Shown piece after piece: positions 10,101-18,165 of a stretch of DNA of 30,034 nucleotides. A program made the translations under genes and the position numbers. The notes under the pieces were generated by a model. It did no database searches. It saw only the letters and a program-made list of their open reading frames with translations, and was not told the DNA's origin. Position 1 is the stretch's first letter. Every line of letters begins with the position of its first letter. The DNA is from a virus (Duplodnaviria > Caudoviricetes), in IMG/VR virus record IMGVR_UViG_3300044477_000211, positions 1 through 30,034 of that record; one strand, given 5' to 3'.

Positions 10101-10837
10101 ATCTCTTTGGCTCTTGTTAAAACAACAACCCGAAACGCACTATCTTTATTAACTACCTGTGCGATCTGTTGAAGCCCGATTGTTATGGCCATCAAAGATT
10201 GAACCCTGGTCATGATCTTTTGTAAATTCTCATTCTCTCCAGCAAATAAACCAACCGCTCCCTGTGCCGCTGAAAACGCGCCAGCAATACCACCAACACC
10301 CTCAATCACACCCTGGAACATTCGTTCGTCATTGGCAAGGATCCTACTCTGTTTTTTAACGTCACCAATTGCATCAGCAACTCTCCCGGCTTCGAGCTGA
10401 AGGGCTCTATACTCATCAGTATTTCTTTTTCCGGCCATCTCCATGCGGGCCATCTCCTCCTGAAGCTTACGGAGCGCTGTTCGCAAAGTATCATGAGACA
10501 CCTCTGTTTTTTTAACTTCAGCCTCAAGCTGAACTAGCGCGTTTTTCTCAGCATTTAACTCACTAGCTATTGAAGCTCTCTCTTGCATAAGATCACCCTT
10601 AAGTTTCCCCGGTGCAGCGTTTTCAATAGCCTGTCCAATATCTTTGAGTTGTTTCTCAAGTTCAGCAACAACCTGCTTTTGTATCGTAATGTTTTCTTTT
10701 GTAACATCAAAATAATGTTGAATACTTTTCTCCGCTCCGGCTGTTGCTTGGGAGATCCCTTTTATCCTATCCTCAGTTTCTTTTAAAACTTTAGGATCTG
10801 ATGAGAAATTAATCGAAAAATTTACTTGTTCACTCAT
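7175..10837 (-). CDS. Tail tape measure protein
   Basis: 1220 aa helical/coiled-coil with Ala/Gly-rich hydrophobic segments; between tail chaperone and Dit. Confidence 0.92.
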   Translation of the reverse strand: MSEQVNFSINFSSDPKVLKETEDRIKGISQATAGAEKSIQHYFDVTKENITIQKQVVAELEKQLKDIGQAIENAAPGKLKGDLMQERASIASELNAEKNALVQLEAEVKKTEVSHDTLRTALRKLQEEMARMEMAGKRNTDEYRALQLEAGRVADAIGDVKKQSRILANDERMFQGVIEGVGGIAGAFSAAQGAVGLFAGENENLQKIMTRVQSLMAITIGLQQIAQVVNKDSAFRVVVLTRAKEIWAATNIKVATTLGITTGAASVLMATLTLGLSVAITAIIAGLSIFISKQGEAKKEMQEFNKAVAESAAKPVASIMKLSTEWKKLGDNINAKSQFISEHRKEFDKLGVTIKSVAEAENLLVKNTEAFVNAQIARVKAEAMRSIAGDKIQKALTKELELEKIPEKVVGNVIVGQTQVGDEIVTQWERKVVDNQKYLNVKKEVDTLNKEIANMFTKAATFDKLADGIMSKLNTGTTKGIIDELEQQIKDLEEKKKGATSEAEISKYNSEIKNLKDKLKQYDLPSDQSSSKAISDFKSIVKTKLEEIQFINDRIKFLQDEQSKISPKDKNSKEKGTVINDLLTEELKRAKQITSDILNQYKIFLGQRIDFSTDYYNSISAIDAQIESTTDEAKKKELLQMKETYKALYDLGINGFDALKQLNDGSIADFGTFEEKKLQIVQKYEKQISAARFAGNESLVKGLEKGRDQEITQLLEDTVKSADAIAKLFTGIDQLGDKAKSSMIKNLKYLIDWVDQNKNNPNAEWTGTFYIDPKVIEQLKATPELIDKLRESYREFIVETDKPAFKKLTDAIDELQKARKENNIQGAADASAKIAENIGGATLELISATDLFAGLMDAFGADSNITQFVSQATSAYATISKSGMDSIEGVSSLIGLAIWAIGYLWETSINEGNKALAGLEADMTMLENSSSNLKELWSSTSFKPQNVLMPKELYGQTIFVDVEFRTKEEAFDAYKQNLNDQIEAIQKQREAYLDSLLFEDNADPEVLAALAAKITELTGELYNADEAFAETFGEWGTVIDQVGDSIFEAFANGTDAGIAWGDAMKKVFRSMIKDAFTTSIVAQYLQPVIDYMNYAIADTGGDALLDENYINYFMSLIQGAYDGMEEVLPYWQGFFDKLGIFDTTAANGLQTAIKTITSEEAGIIAGNLNAYRITGYEIKELITEALLYLSKIETNTSYIKKIYDKINSTGTNNRSQGLLL

Positions 10838-11112
10838 TTGATCTTACTATTTATAAATGCTGCAATAGCTTCTGAATTTTCATCCGTTAATGTAATCTCC
10901 TCATCCTCTTCATCCTTATCCACTGTTGCAGGTGCATCAATTAACATTCTCACAACAGTTGCCCACGAAACTCCTCTGACTAAATAATCGTACTCCCAAC
11001 CGAAGTACTCACATATCATGGCACGCTGCCCGTATGTTGATTTTAATCCTCGTCTTCCTCTACCCGATTTGGAGTCGTGCTTCGGCTTTCGCCTGCTAAT
11101 CGAATAGAGTAT
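10834..11112 (-). CDS. Tail assembly chaperone, frameshifted (gpT-like) segment; ORF track calls only 10834-11019
   Basis: -1 frame open from slippery T_TTT_TTA (11118-11112) through MICEYFGWEYDYL to stop at 10834; predicted G-T fusion ~249 aa. Confidence 0.75.
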   Translation of the reverse strand: MLYSISRRKPKHDSKSGRGRRGLKSTYGQRAMICEYFGWEYDYLVRGVSWATVVRMLIDAPATVDKDEEDEEITLTDENSEAIAAFINSKIK

Positions 11113-11582
11113 AAAAAATCCCCAATATTGCTGATCTGTGTGATCGCAGTTACAATCTCTCTCAATTGTGCAGGGGTAAGCGAACGCTTAATAAGTGATG
11201 AGATCCCATTGATCTCTTTTTCATTCTTTTTGTATGAAGGATATTTTGACAAGCTATTAACAGGGATCTCAGCATCACGTCCCAATATCGCAATTGCAAT
11301 ATAACGAGCCATTGGATCCACCGCTGCCGCAGTAATTTTTTTAGCTTCACCCAAAGGATCCTTGCTGATCAGATCCTCATCTACAACCATATTGATAGCT
11401 TCAGCTGACAATAAGTCAATAACAGCAAGCGTAGGTTGATGAATTGTAAACGTCTTTTTAATCAGTTTCGGTTGTGAAAATGGATGCTTACGATCCATGT
11501 ACTCAAATGTAAATGAGATCCCCTCATTGATCAATAAGTTGAGCTCTTTTTGTTCTGCAGATATTTTGTCAAATTTTGTCAT
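11043..11582 (-). CDS. Tail assembly chaperone (lambda gpG analogue)
   Basis: 179 aa between tail tube and tape measure, with slippery site at G-D-F-L. Confidence 0.8.
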   Translation of the reverse strand: MTKFDKISAEQKELNLLINEGISFTFEYMDRKHPFSQPKLIKKTFTIHQPTLAVIDLLSAEAINMVVDEDLISKDPLGEAKKITAAAVDPMARYIAIAILGRDAEIPVNSLSKYPSYKKNEKEINGISSLIKRSLTPAQLREIVTAITQISNIGDFLYSIRLAGESRSTTPNRVEEDED

Positions 11583-11595
11583 ACATTTTTTATTT

Positions 11596-11621
11596 AAAAA
11601 AAGCGAGCCGAGACTCGCTTT
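11596..11621 (-). terminator. Intrinsic terminator/attenuator after tail tube gene
   Basis: Stem AAAGCGAG (11600-11607)/CTCGCTTT (11614-11621), U-tract on minus strand. Confidence 0.7.
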
Positions 11622-11640
11622 CTTAATTCGGTTTTAAAAA

Positions 11641-12114
11641 CTATACTTTTGCTTTTCCCGTAAAGGCTTTTGCAGGTGATGTTACAGCTAGAGGTTTAAA
11701 TGTTACGCCCACTCTGACAACATCTTTTCCAGTTAATTTACCCAATAATTTTGCAATAATTTTACAGTTTGGAGCTATAAAATCTTTACCCTGTTTTGTA
11801 ATAAATTTCACATATTGTGTTGTAGTTTTCGATTCGTTTATTGACCAGTCCCCTGTTGTTACTGATCCACCAATTAATGGAAGAGTTGTATCATCTGCGA
11901 ACAATTCCCCTACCAAATAAATTGGCTTTCCCTCTTCAGTTGAATCTTCAGGGAACAATTGCCCCTCTTCAAAAAATTCGGTTATTTCAGGATCATCTTG
12001 CTTGATTTCAAGAGACTCTTTATATACCTTCCCAATTTTTGTAAGAGTGGCTGGTTCAACACCATCTAATGCTGCTGTACCTACTTTAATTTCGGTTAGA
12101 CCTTTAATTACCAT
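11641..12114 (-). CDS. Major tail (tube) protein
   Basis: 157 aa beta-rich; directly before terminator, chaperone and tape measure. Confidence 0.75.
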   Translation of the reverse strand: MVIKGLTEIKVGTAALDGVEPATLTKIGKVYKESLEIKQDDPEITEFFEEGQLFPEDSTEEGKPIYLVGELFADDTTLPLIGGSVTTGDWSINESKTTTQYVKFITKQGKDFIAPNCKIIAKLLGKLTGKDVVRVGVTFKPLAVTSPAKAFTGKAKV

Positions 12115-12116
12115 GT

Positions 12117-12638
12117 TTACTTAAATTTAATGATGATTTTAATAATAATTATAATGATTAGAAGTACCCAAAACCCTATACCTGAATACATAAATGTCCT
12201 TTGAAACCAGTTCAATTTTTGTTTTACTTTTACTTCTTTGGGAACGATTATGGGTACTTCCTTTTTGCTTAACGTATCCGATACAACAACGCGTGCTGAA
12301 TCTCTAGTAGTTTTAAATGATATTGAAACCTTGTTATCTTTCACTTTAAACGATGTTTCAACATTCTTTGATTTAGTTTCTGTATAGTCCGCAATCCTAA
12401 ATTTAGAAGGCTTTGGAAACAATAATGAAAACCATCCTGGTACTGTATCATTCTTGACAACGCTCCCGGCAACAGGATCAACAGTAAAGTTAATCTCAAT
12501 AGAGGCAGAGTCTTGAGGAACAGCAACAGTAACTACTCGCTCATGGATGGTTGTTTCATTCGTGATCGGAACTTGTTTGATGGTTTTACAAGATGCAAAA
12601 CTAAAAATCAATATTGTTATCAGTAAGTAATTTTTCAT
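12117..12638 (-). CDS. Probable unimolecular spanin (N-terminal lipoprotein signal plus C-terminal TM helix)
   Basis: MKNYLLITILIFSFAS-C lipobox; beta-rich middle; C-terminal FMYSGIGFWVLLIIIIIIKIIIKFK; in lysis cluster. Confidence 0.7.
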   Translation of the reverse strand: MKNYLLITILIFSFASCKTIKQVPITNETTIHERVVTVAVPQDSASIEINFTVDPVAGSVVKNDTVPGWFSLLFPKPSKFRIADYTETKSKNVETSFKVKDNKVSISFKTTRDSARVVVSDTLSKKEVPIIVPKEVKVKQKLNWFQRTFMYSGIGFWVLLIIIIIIKIIIKFK

Positions 12639-12951
12639 AGTGTTGTACTTGTTTTTTTAGTTTAACGTTCTCTTTTTTGTCCTCTTTCAACTTCTCAACT
12701 TCAGTAGTTAAAGTTTTGACCTGCTCTGTAAGTTTTCCAATCTGCTCATTTGCTTCAGTATTTTTTACTAACAACATTGCGATATCTGCCTGAAGGGAAG
12801 CTATCACTTTGTCGCGTGTTGCATTAGCAGCTTCAAATGTGTCGATCCTTTGTTTTTTTCGCCCAAAAAACCAACCCCCAAAGCCTCCGGCTAAAGCTGA
12901 AACGAGAGGTGCTACTACCCACATTACGAATGTTTCAAATGGTGTCATCAT
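12601..12951 (-). CDS. Single-TM coiled-coil membrane protein, holin candidate
   Basis: TM FVMWVVAPLVSALAGGFGGWFFG then RKKQR and heptad repeats; between endolysin and spanin. Confidence 0.55.
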   Translation of the reverse strand: MMTPFETFVMWVVAPLVSALAGGFGGWFFGRKKQRIDTFEAANATRDKVIASLQADIAMLLVKNTEANEQIGKLTEQVKTLTTEVEKLKEDKKENVKLKKQVQHYEKLLTDNNIDF

Positions 12952-13367
12952 ACTCTTCTAATTTTTGATTGTAAAACAAATCCGGAAAGTACATCAGTCA
13001 TGTTTGCAGGTACTCCATTTTCGCTGTAACACATTGCGGCAACTATCTTAATATATTGATCACCTGAAGTGTTAGATAGTATAGTATGTCTATTTACTCC
13101 GCTCCGTTTTGCAACATTGATAATGTAACTTTCCGTATTGTTATGATCTTTAGGAGGAGCCCACCTTTTGATAATTTTATCTATTGTATTACATCCTCCT
13201 TCTAAATAAGTGCCAAGAGTTTGAAATGCGGCTCGATAACCATAGTTCATCGAAATAAATTGTTTAAACAATGGATCGCGTGATGGAACAACCTCTCCTT
13301 GAAAGGTATCATCATTATGTCTAATGTTTAGTGGGTTATTATTGTCTAAGCCTCTTTGATCAATCAT
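12948..13367 (-). CDS. Putative endolysin (lysozyme-like, family often labelled 'structural protein P5')
   Basis: RGLDNNNPLNIR, FKQF, GYRA, TIDKIIKRWAPP, NTESYI, AM..SENG motifs. Confidence 0.75.
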   Translation of the reverse strand: MIDQRGLDNNNPLNIRHNDDTFQGEVVPSRDPLFKQFISMNYGYRAAFQTLGTYLEGGCNTIDKIIKRWAPPKDHNNTESYIINVAKRSGVNRHTILSNTSGDQYIKIVAAMCYSENGVPANMTDVLSGFVLQSKIRRV

Positions 13368-13386
13368 GGCACTTATTTTTTAATGG

Positions 13387-14703
13387 TTACTCAGCTGCGA
13401 CTTGGTTAACGGTAACTTTTAATGTAACGGTTGGATCTGCCACAAGAGATAACAAGTAAGATCCTGAACGAGCTACTCCGGTATTGGCCGCAACTACAAT
13501 TCTAGCTTTACCTGAAACAGTTGAAACTGTCAACCAAGATGTTTCAGTAGAAATAGCCCATGCAGAAGGTGCAGATACAGTTCTATTATATGTTGCTCCG
13601 GCTGCTGGCACTGCATCAATTAATTCCGCAGATAAAATTGATGGCGCTGCATCAGGAAGTGCTGAAACAATTGCACCAATAGCCTCATTTTTAAGCGGCA
13701 AACAAATAGAGTAGTGTCTGAAGTTACATAAGTTTTGTTGATTCAATGGATCGCTTTTAGCCTCACTTAAGTAAGCTTTTGTAGTTCCATTGGCTTTCAT
13801 CATTCGAGGTGCATAATAGGCAACTGATGCCTGTCTGTCACTTTCACCTGCTGCAGTTCCAAATGCTACTTTTGCTTTTGTAGTTGCATTAAAATATGGG
13901 CAAGATTGATATTCATAGATTTCAAATCCATACATATTAGAGATTTTTCCTGTAGTATAGTTATGATATTGATCTGCAAATTTTTGATCAGTATCAAGAA
14001 GATCATTAACATGGTCATTACATAATACAAGAACACGCCCAACGGTTGGAACATTCATTTTATCAAATGCCTTTTTCAAAGCAATAATATCCGTTCTTTT
14101 AATAACTTTTCTTAATCCATCTGCATCAAGATCTCCTGATGTTACAACAACAGGTGTACTGGCAGTATGTGTACTTGGGGCAATAGCATGAATAGCTTTT
14201 GAATATTTCTTTTCATCAATTGAAGCTTTGTGGCGCTCAATTACAGAACCGATTTTATCATAAGTGATGCCATTAAGTTCATCATCGGTAATAGATGTAG
14301 CTTTAGTTTGATATTTATCAAGACCAATACGTTTGTCAGCATCTGCTAATGATTCAATTCCAAGAGGATAAGAAGTGTTGTTAATTAATACTGTAGGATC
14401 ACCACCAATGTGCACAAAGTGAATTACATCGTTTTCAGCATACTGATCATATGATCTAATCTTAGCATACCATCCCAATGATTCGGCAGGGTCTCTGAAT
14501 TTTTTTACCATTTCCCCTGTCCAAACATCGGCATATAATCCGACACCAAAAGAACCTGCAGGGATAAGGTTCCCAAGGACAAGGGACGCGCCGTTAAGAG
14601 ATAAGGCACCAATACCGGGAGCAATCCCAACAAGTGACGCCAACATAGATCCAACTAAACAGTTGAACAAAATTGCCATTGCAATAACTAATACTTTTTT
14701 CAT
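13387..14703 (-). CDS. Major capsid protein with hydrophobic N-terminal leader and C-terminal BACON-like domain
   Basis: Follows protease/scaffold; DVWTGEMVKKF, GRVLVLCNDHVNDLL, MYGFEIYEY, NFRHYSICLP; C-terminal W....SWLTV...AANTG.ARSG...VTVNQ. Confidence 0.85.
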   Translation of the reverse strand: MKKVLVIAMAILFNCLVGSMLASLVGIAPGIGALSLNGASLVLGNLIPAGSFGVGLYADVWTGEMVKKFRDPAESLGWYAKIRSYDQYAENDVIHFVHIGGDPTVLINNTSYPLGIESLADADKRIGLDKYQTKATSITDDELNGITYDKIGSVIERHKASIDEKKYSKAIHAIAPSTHTASTPVVVTSGDLDADGLRKVIKRTDIIALKKAFDKMNVPTVGRVLVLCNDHVNDLLDTDQKFADQYHNYTTGKISNMYGFEIYEYQSCPYFNATTKAKVAFGTAAGESDRQASVAYYAPRMMKANGTTKAYLSEAKSDPLNQQNLCNFRHYSICLPLKNEAIGAIVSALPDAAPSILSAELIDAVPAAGATYNRTVSAPSAWAISTETSWLTVSTVSGKARIVVAANTGVARSGSYLLSLVADPTVTLKVTVNQVAAE

Positions 14704-14740
14704 TTTTTTCCTTTCTATTTTAATTAAGGGTTACACCCGG

Positions 14741-15196
14741 TTATTCAATTTCTGGTTTAAATCCATACTCAGCTTCAAAAAGTTTTCCGTATTGTGCCGG
14801 GTCACTTGATCTGAGTGCTTTAATATCATCAGCCTTCAAGTCACTCAACTTTTTTGCCTCACCAGGAGCGCCGGATTCGGATCCGGTTTTAATAAATGAT
14901 CCCGGGCGAGATGGAGCGTGAAGTGCTGATAATGTTGTTTGAAGACCATCAACACCAAGTTTTTCACCTAATGCAATAAAATGATCCTTTTTATCTGCAG
15001 TTAATTTTTCAGTACGGATCGCCTCATCAACCATACTTGTAATCGTTTTTTTCTGAGTTGCGGTCTGCTCATCTTTTAGTTTTTTGTTTTCAGCACTTGC
15101 ATCTGACAACTTTTTATCATTGTCAGCAATTTTTGCTAAAATCTCCGCTTCGGTTGCTGTCTCTGACAACCCTAATTTCAATGCAATAATTTTCAT
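14741..15196 (-). CDS. Probable internally initiated scaffold protein (151 aa)
   Basis: In-frame ATG 15196 (MKIIALKLGLSETATEAEI) preceded by A-rich AATAAATAATGTTAACCAAAATCAAGAAACA leader. Confidence 0.6.
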   Translation of the reverse strand: MKIIALKLGLSETATEAEILAKIADNDKKLSDASAENKKLKDEQTATQKKTITSMVDEAIRTEKLTADKKDHFIALGEKLGVDGLQTTLSALHAPSRPGSFIKTGSESGAPGEAKKLSDLKADDIKALRSSDPAQYGKLFEAEYGFKPEIE

Positions 15197-15712
15197 TGTT
15201 TCTTGATTTTGGTTAACATTATTTATTGAAGCCAGTGGAACATCTTTTCCACCTGCTGACAATTCTATGATTTTGCCATTTTCATCTGATAGCCTAACAG
15301 AGCTGAAGTTGGATCCAAGATCAGTAATTGAGATCTCTCGAAGCTTTGATTTTGTCACGGTTGCATATCTTTGCCCTTGAACTATCATTAAAGGATCTGA
15401 TGATTCTTCAAGAACTCTAATATTGATTGAGCATGCGTTTATCATACCTTTATCAACCTTTTTAGCAATCTTGGCCGCAAAAGGATCATCCATGTCAAAA
15501 ACTGCATCAGCTAATAACTTATCACCTTCCACTCTTAAGTTTTCCCACTTGCCAATTGGAAGGATAGTATCTGTTTTATCTGAGTAAGATCTAGTGTGAG
15601 CCCATAGCATTAATGGGTTTTTAATGAAGTCACTTAAATCAATCCCGGCTGTTATTGTTCTGAAGCCGTAACTGTTTACACTTTCATCTGATATTACAAA
15701 TGTTTTTCCCAT
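14741..15712 (-). CDS. Prohead protease / scaffold polyprotein (Mu gpI/gpZ-like organisation, HK97-type protease)
   Basis: ISDESVNSYG, NPLMLWAH, PIGKW, INACSI, LREISI protease motifs; helical C-terminal half. Confidence 0.85.
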   Translation of the reverse strand: MGKTFVISDESVNSYGFRTITAGIDLSDFIKNPLMLWAHTRSYSDKTDTILPIGKWENLRVEGDKLLADAVFDMDDPFAAKIAKKVDKGMINACSINIRVLEESSDPLMIVQGQRYATVTKSKLREISITDLGSNFSSVRLSDENGKIIELSAGGKDVPLASINNVNQNQETMKIIALKLGLSETATEAEILAKIADNDKKLSDASAENKKLKDEQTATQKKTITSMVDEAIRTEKLTADKKDHFIALGEKLGVDGLQTTLSALHAPSRPGSFIKTGSESGAPGEAKKLSDLKADDIKALRSSDPAQYGKLFEAEYGFKPEIE

Positions 15713-15912
15713 GCCTTTTTACTTTAATTTTTCATACTTTTTTAATGTTTAAAACTCGATTTTAATCACGTTTGAGATTGCAAAAATAGCATTCGCACAT
15801 GTACCATTTTTAAATATATAATACTGTATAACAATGTGTTTATACTGTATTACAACCATTCAAATTCACACTTATAAAAAATTACTTTTGCAGATATTTT
15901 AATAAAAATCGC
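15713..15912. promoter_or_regulatory. Divergent late promoter region
   Basis: Minus-strand TATTTTTG (15788-15781), plus-strand TACTTTTG (15883-15890), 14-bp direct repeats ATACTGTATWACAA at 15821 and 15842. Confidence 0.7.
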
Positions 15913-16368
15913 ATGGGTAAAACAGAACAAAATCAAAAGCAAGAGCTCGCAAAATTGTACTATTTACAGGGTCTGAGTCAAAAGGAAATTGCTCAAAAAG
16001 TTGATGTTTCAACTGTAACAATGACCAAGTGGGTACAAAAATACGGTTGGGATACAATTCGAGCCGCCACAACAATAACTCGAAAAGAGCTCATTGTCAA
16101 AATGCTTAAAAAACTCAATGACAAGCTAGAAGAAAAAACAATATCTGCAGATGAAATGGTTAAGGTTGCAGCTGCAATCGAAAAAATTGATAAGCAAACG
16201 AATGTTGTTACAGTAATTGATGTTTTTTCATCTTACAACAAATGGTTAATAGCTAGAATGAAATTAGATCCACAACTCACTCCTGATCTAATCAAAACAA
16301 TGAACAGATATCAAGATTTGTTTATATCTGATAAACTTTCCTCAACAACAATTGAATTTAAAGACTAA
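15913..16368 (+). CDS. Terminase small subunit-like HTH protein
   Basis: AKLYYLQGLSQKEIAQKVDVSTVTMTKWV...GW HTH; TAATG-coupled to TerL. Confidence 0.8.
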   Translation: MGKTEQNQKQELAKLYYLQGLSQKEIAQKVDVSTVTMTKWVQKYGWDTIRAATTITRKELIVKMLKKLNDKLEEKTISADEMVKVAAAIEKIDKQTNVVTVIDVFSSYNKWLIARMKLDPQLTPDLIKTMNRYQDLFISDKLSSTTIEFKD

Positions 16369-17888
16369 TGGCTAACACACCCGGCTTGAACGATGCATTA
16401 AAAAACTGGAAAATTCTTTGTCAGAATATCCAGCGGATGGCTATTATTAATCCTGGTGAAACTAAAGAGGAACAACTTGCGCGTATTAAAAGAGCTAAAA
16501 AAGACTATGCATTTTTTGAAGAGTATTATTTTCCACATATAGTTACTGATAAAAGAACTAAGGCCGTAATTCCTCCAGCTAAATTTCAAGTCAAAGCCGC
16601 AAACGAGGTCCTTGATGACTTCGACTACACAGCTGTTTGGAAGTGGCCACGCGGTTGCGCAAAATCAACTCATGTTGGTGTAATATTACCTTTATGGCTT
16701 AAAATTCAAGATGAAGTTCAATATAGAACCTGTGTTTTGGTCAGCAAGTCTGAAGATGCAGCAAAAGAGTTACTCGGAGATTTACAGGCAGAGCTACAAT
16801 TTAACGAGCGTTATATTCATGATTTTGGCAAACAGGTTACACATGGAAAATGGCAAGATGGAAATTTTAATACAAAGGATGGAAAATATTACACGTGTTT
16901 AGGTAGAGAACAGTCTCCTCGTGGGTTAAAAGATTTATCTAATAGACCAGACTTAATTATTGTCGATGATATTGATGACGATGTAATGGTTAAAAATGAC
17001 CAAAGGATTACTGATGCAACCAATTGGGTAAAGGAAGCTTTAATGGGAACAATGGGGGCTGAAGGTGGTAGGTTTATTATGGTCGGGAATGCATTTGCAA
17101 AAAATATGATATTATTAAATATTTGCAAAATAACTAGCGTTAAGGTTTCCACGATATATCTTGAGGATAAAAACGGTAATTCATGCTGGCCTGAATATTG
17201 GACAAAGGAGAGAATCAAAAAAAGAAAAGAACTATTAGGATATAGAGGATTTCAACGCGAATGTATGCACAACCCGATTACAGAAGGTAGTATTTTTAAA
17301 TTTAACTGGATCAAATGGGTTAAACCATATAAGTTAAAAGATTACGATAAAATAGTAGCCTAAGTAACAACCAAAAACGACTTTAAAGCAATTAAAGTTT
17401 GGGGTGTCAAAGGAACTGAACTTCATTGTCTCTTTGCTTTTTGTCGTCAATGTAGCGTTACTGAGATGGTGAGATGGTTTTATGATCTTCACGAAAAGAT
17501 GCCGGAGGATGTAATATGTGATTATTACATGGAGGCTAATTTCTTACAAGATATCATTCTTGATGAGTTTACAAGTGAAGGAAACTTAAGAGGATATCAG
17601 TTGCCTATACGTCCTGATCATCGAAAAAAACCGGATAAATTCCAACGTGTTGAAGCTATATCACCACTTTGGGAGAGAGGATTTGTATCTTATAATATTG
17701 ATGAGCAAAACAATCCGGATATGATTGCAGCCATGGATCAAACTTTAGCCTTTGAAAAAGGCACAAGAGTTCATGATGATGCGCCTGATGCTGATGAAGG
17801 TGCAATATATATAATTCAGCAATCAAAAAGACAAGCAATTTATCAACCTGTCTTGGGCTCGCGTCCAAGGCCTAAAAACGAATGGTAA
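16368..17888 (+). pseudogene. terL: Terminase large subunit (Mu gp28-like), interrupted by in-frame TAA at 17361-17363
   Basis: Walker A WPRGCAKST, Walker B LIIVDD, C-terminal HDDAPDA; same frame continues VTTKNDFKAIKVWG... into the 17466 ORF. Confidence 0.85.
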
Positions 17889-18157
17889 TGAAAAATAAAC
17901 AAAATTTTAAAGCTCCTTTTTTTTTCACTAATTTAATCAAATTTGTCAGAGGATCTATCCTTATGCACAGGATTATAAATGCTCGCAAAGCGGCTGACAA
18001 ACTTTCATTCAAAAAAAATCAAAAAGCAATTGTCATTATGTTTGACGGAAAGCCAATGGTTAAAACAAAACATGATCTAAAAAATATGATCCACTCCGGA
18101 ATCATTAAAACGGACATCCAAACATTAGAGCAACTTGCCATTTATAAAACTTATTAA
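17882..18157 (+). CDS. Hypothetical basic protein
   Basis: 91 aa ORF overlapping TerL stop, fills operon gap. Confidence 0.6.
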   Translation: MVMKNKQNFKAPFFFTNLIKFVRGSILMHRIINARKAADKLSFKKNQKAIVIMFDGKPMVKTKHDLKNMIHSGIIKTDIQTLEQLAIYKTY

Positions 18158-18165
18158 TCATCGAA

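Noticed and set aside
15821-15855. LexA/SOS box (TACTGTAT half-sites)
   Set aside because: The half-sites are direct repeats, not the inverted CTGT-N8-ACAG arrangement.
17361-17363. Stop-codon reassignment or readthrough in TerL
   Set aside because: TAA ends most genes here, and the catalytic DPS-type motif is missing at the site, which favours a deletion.
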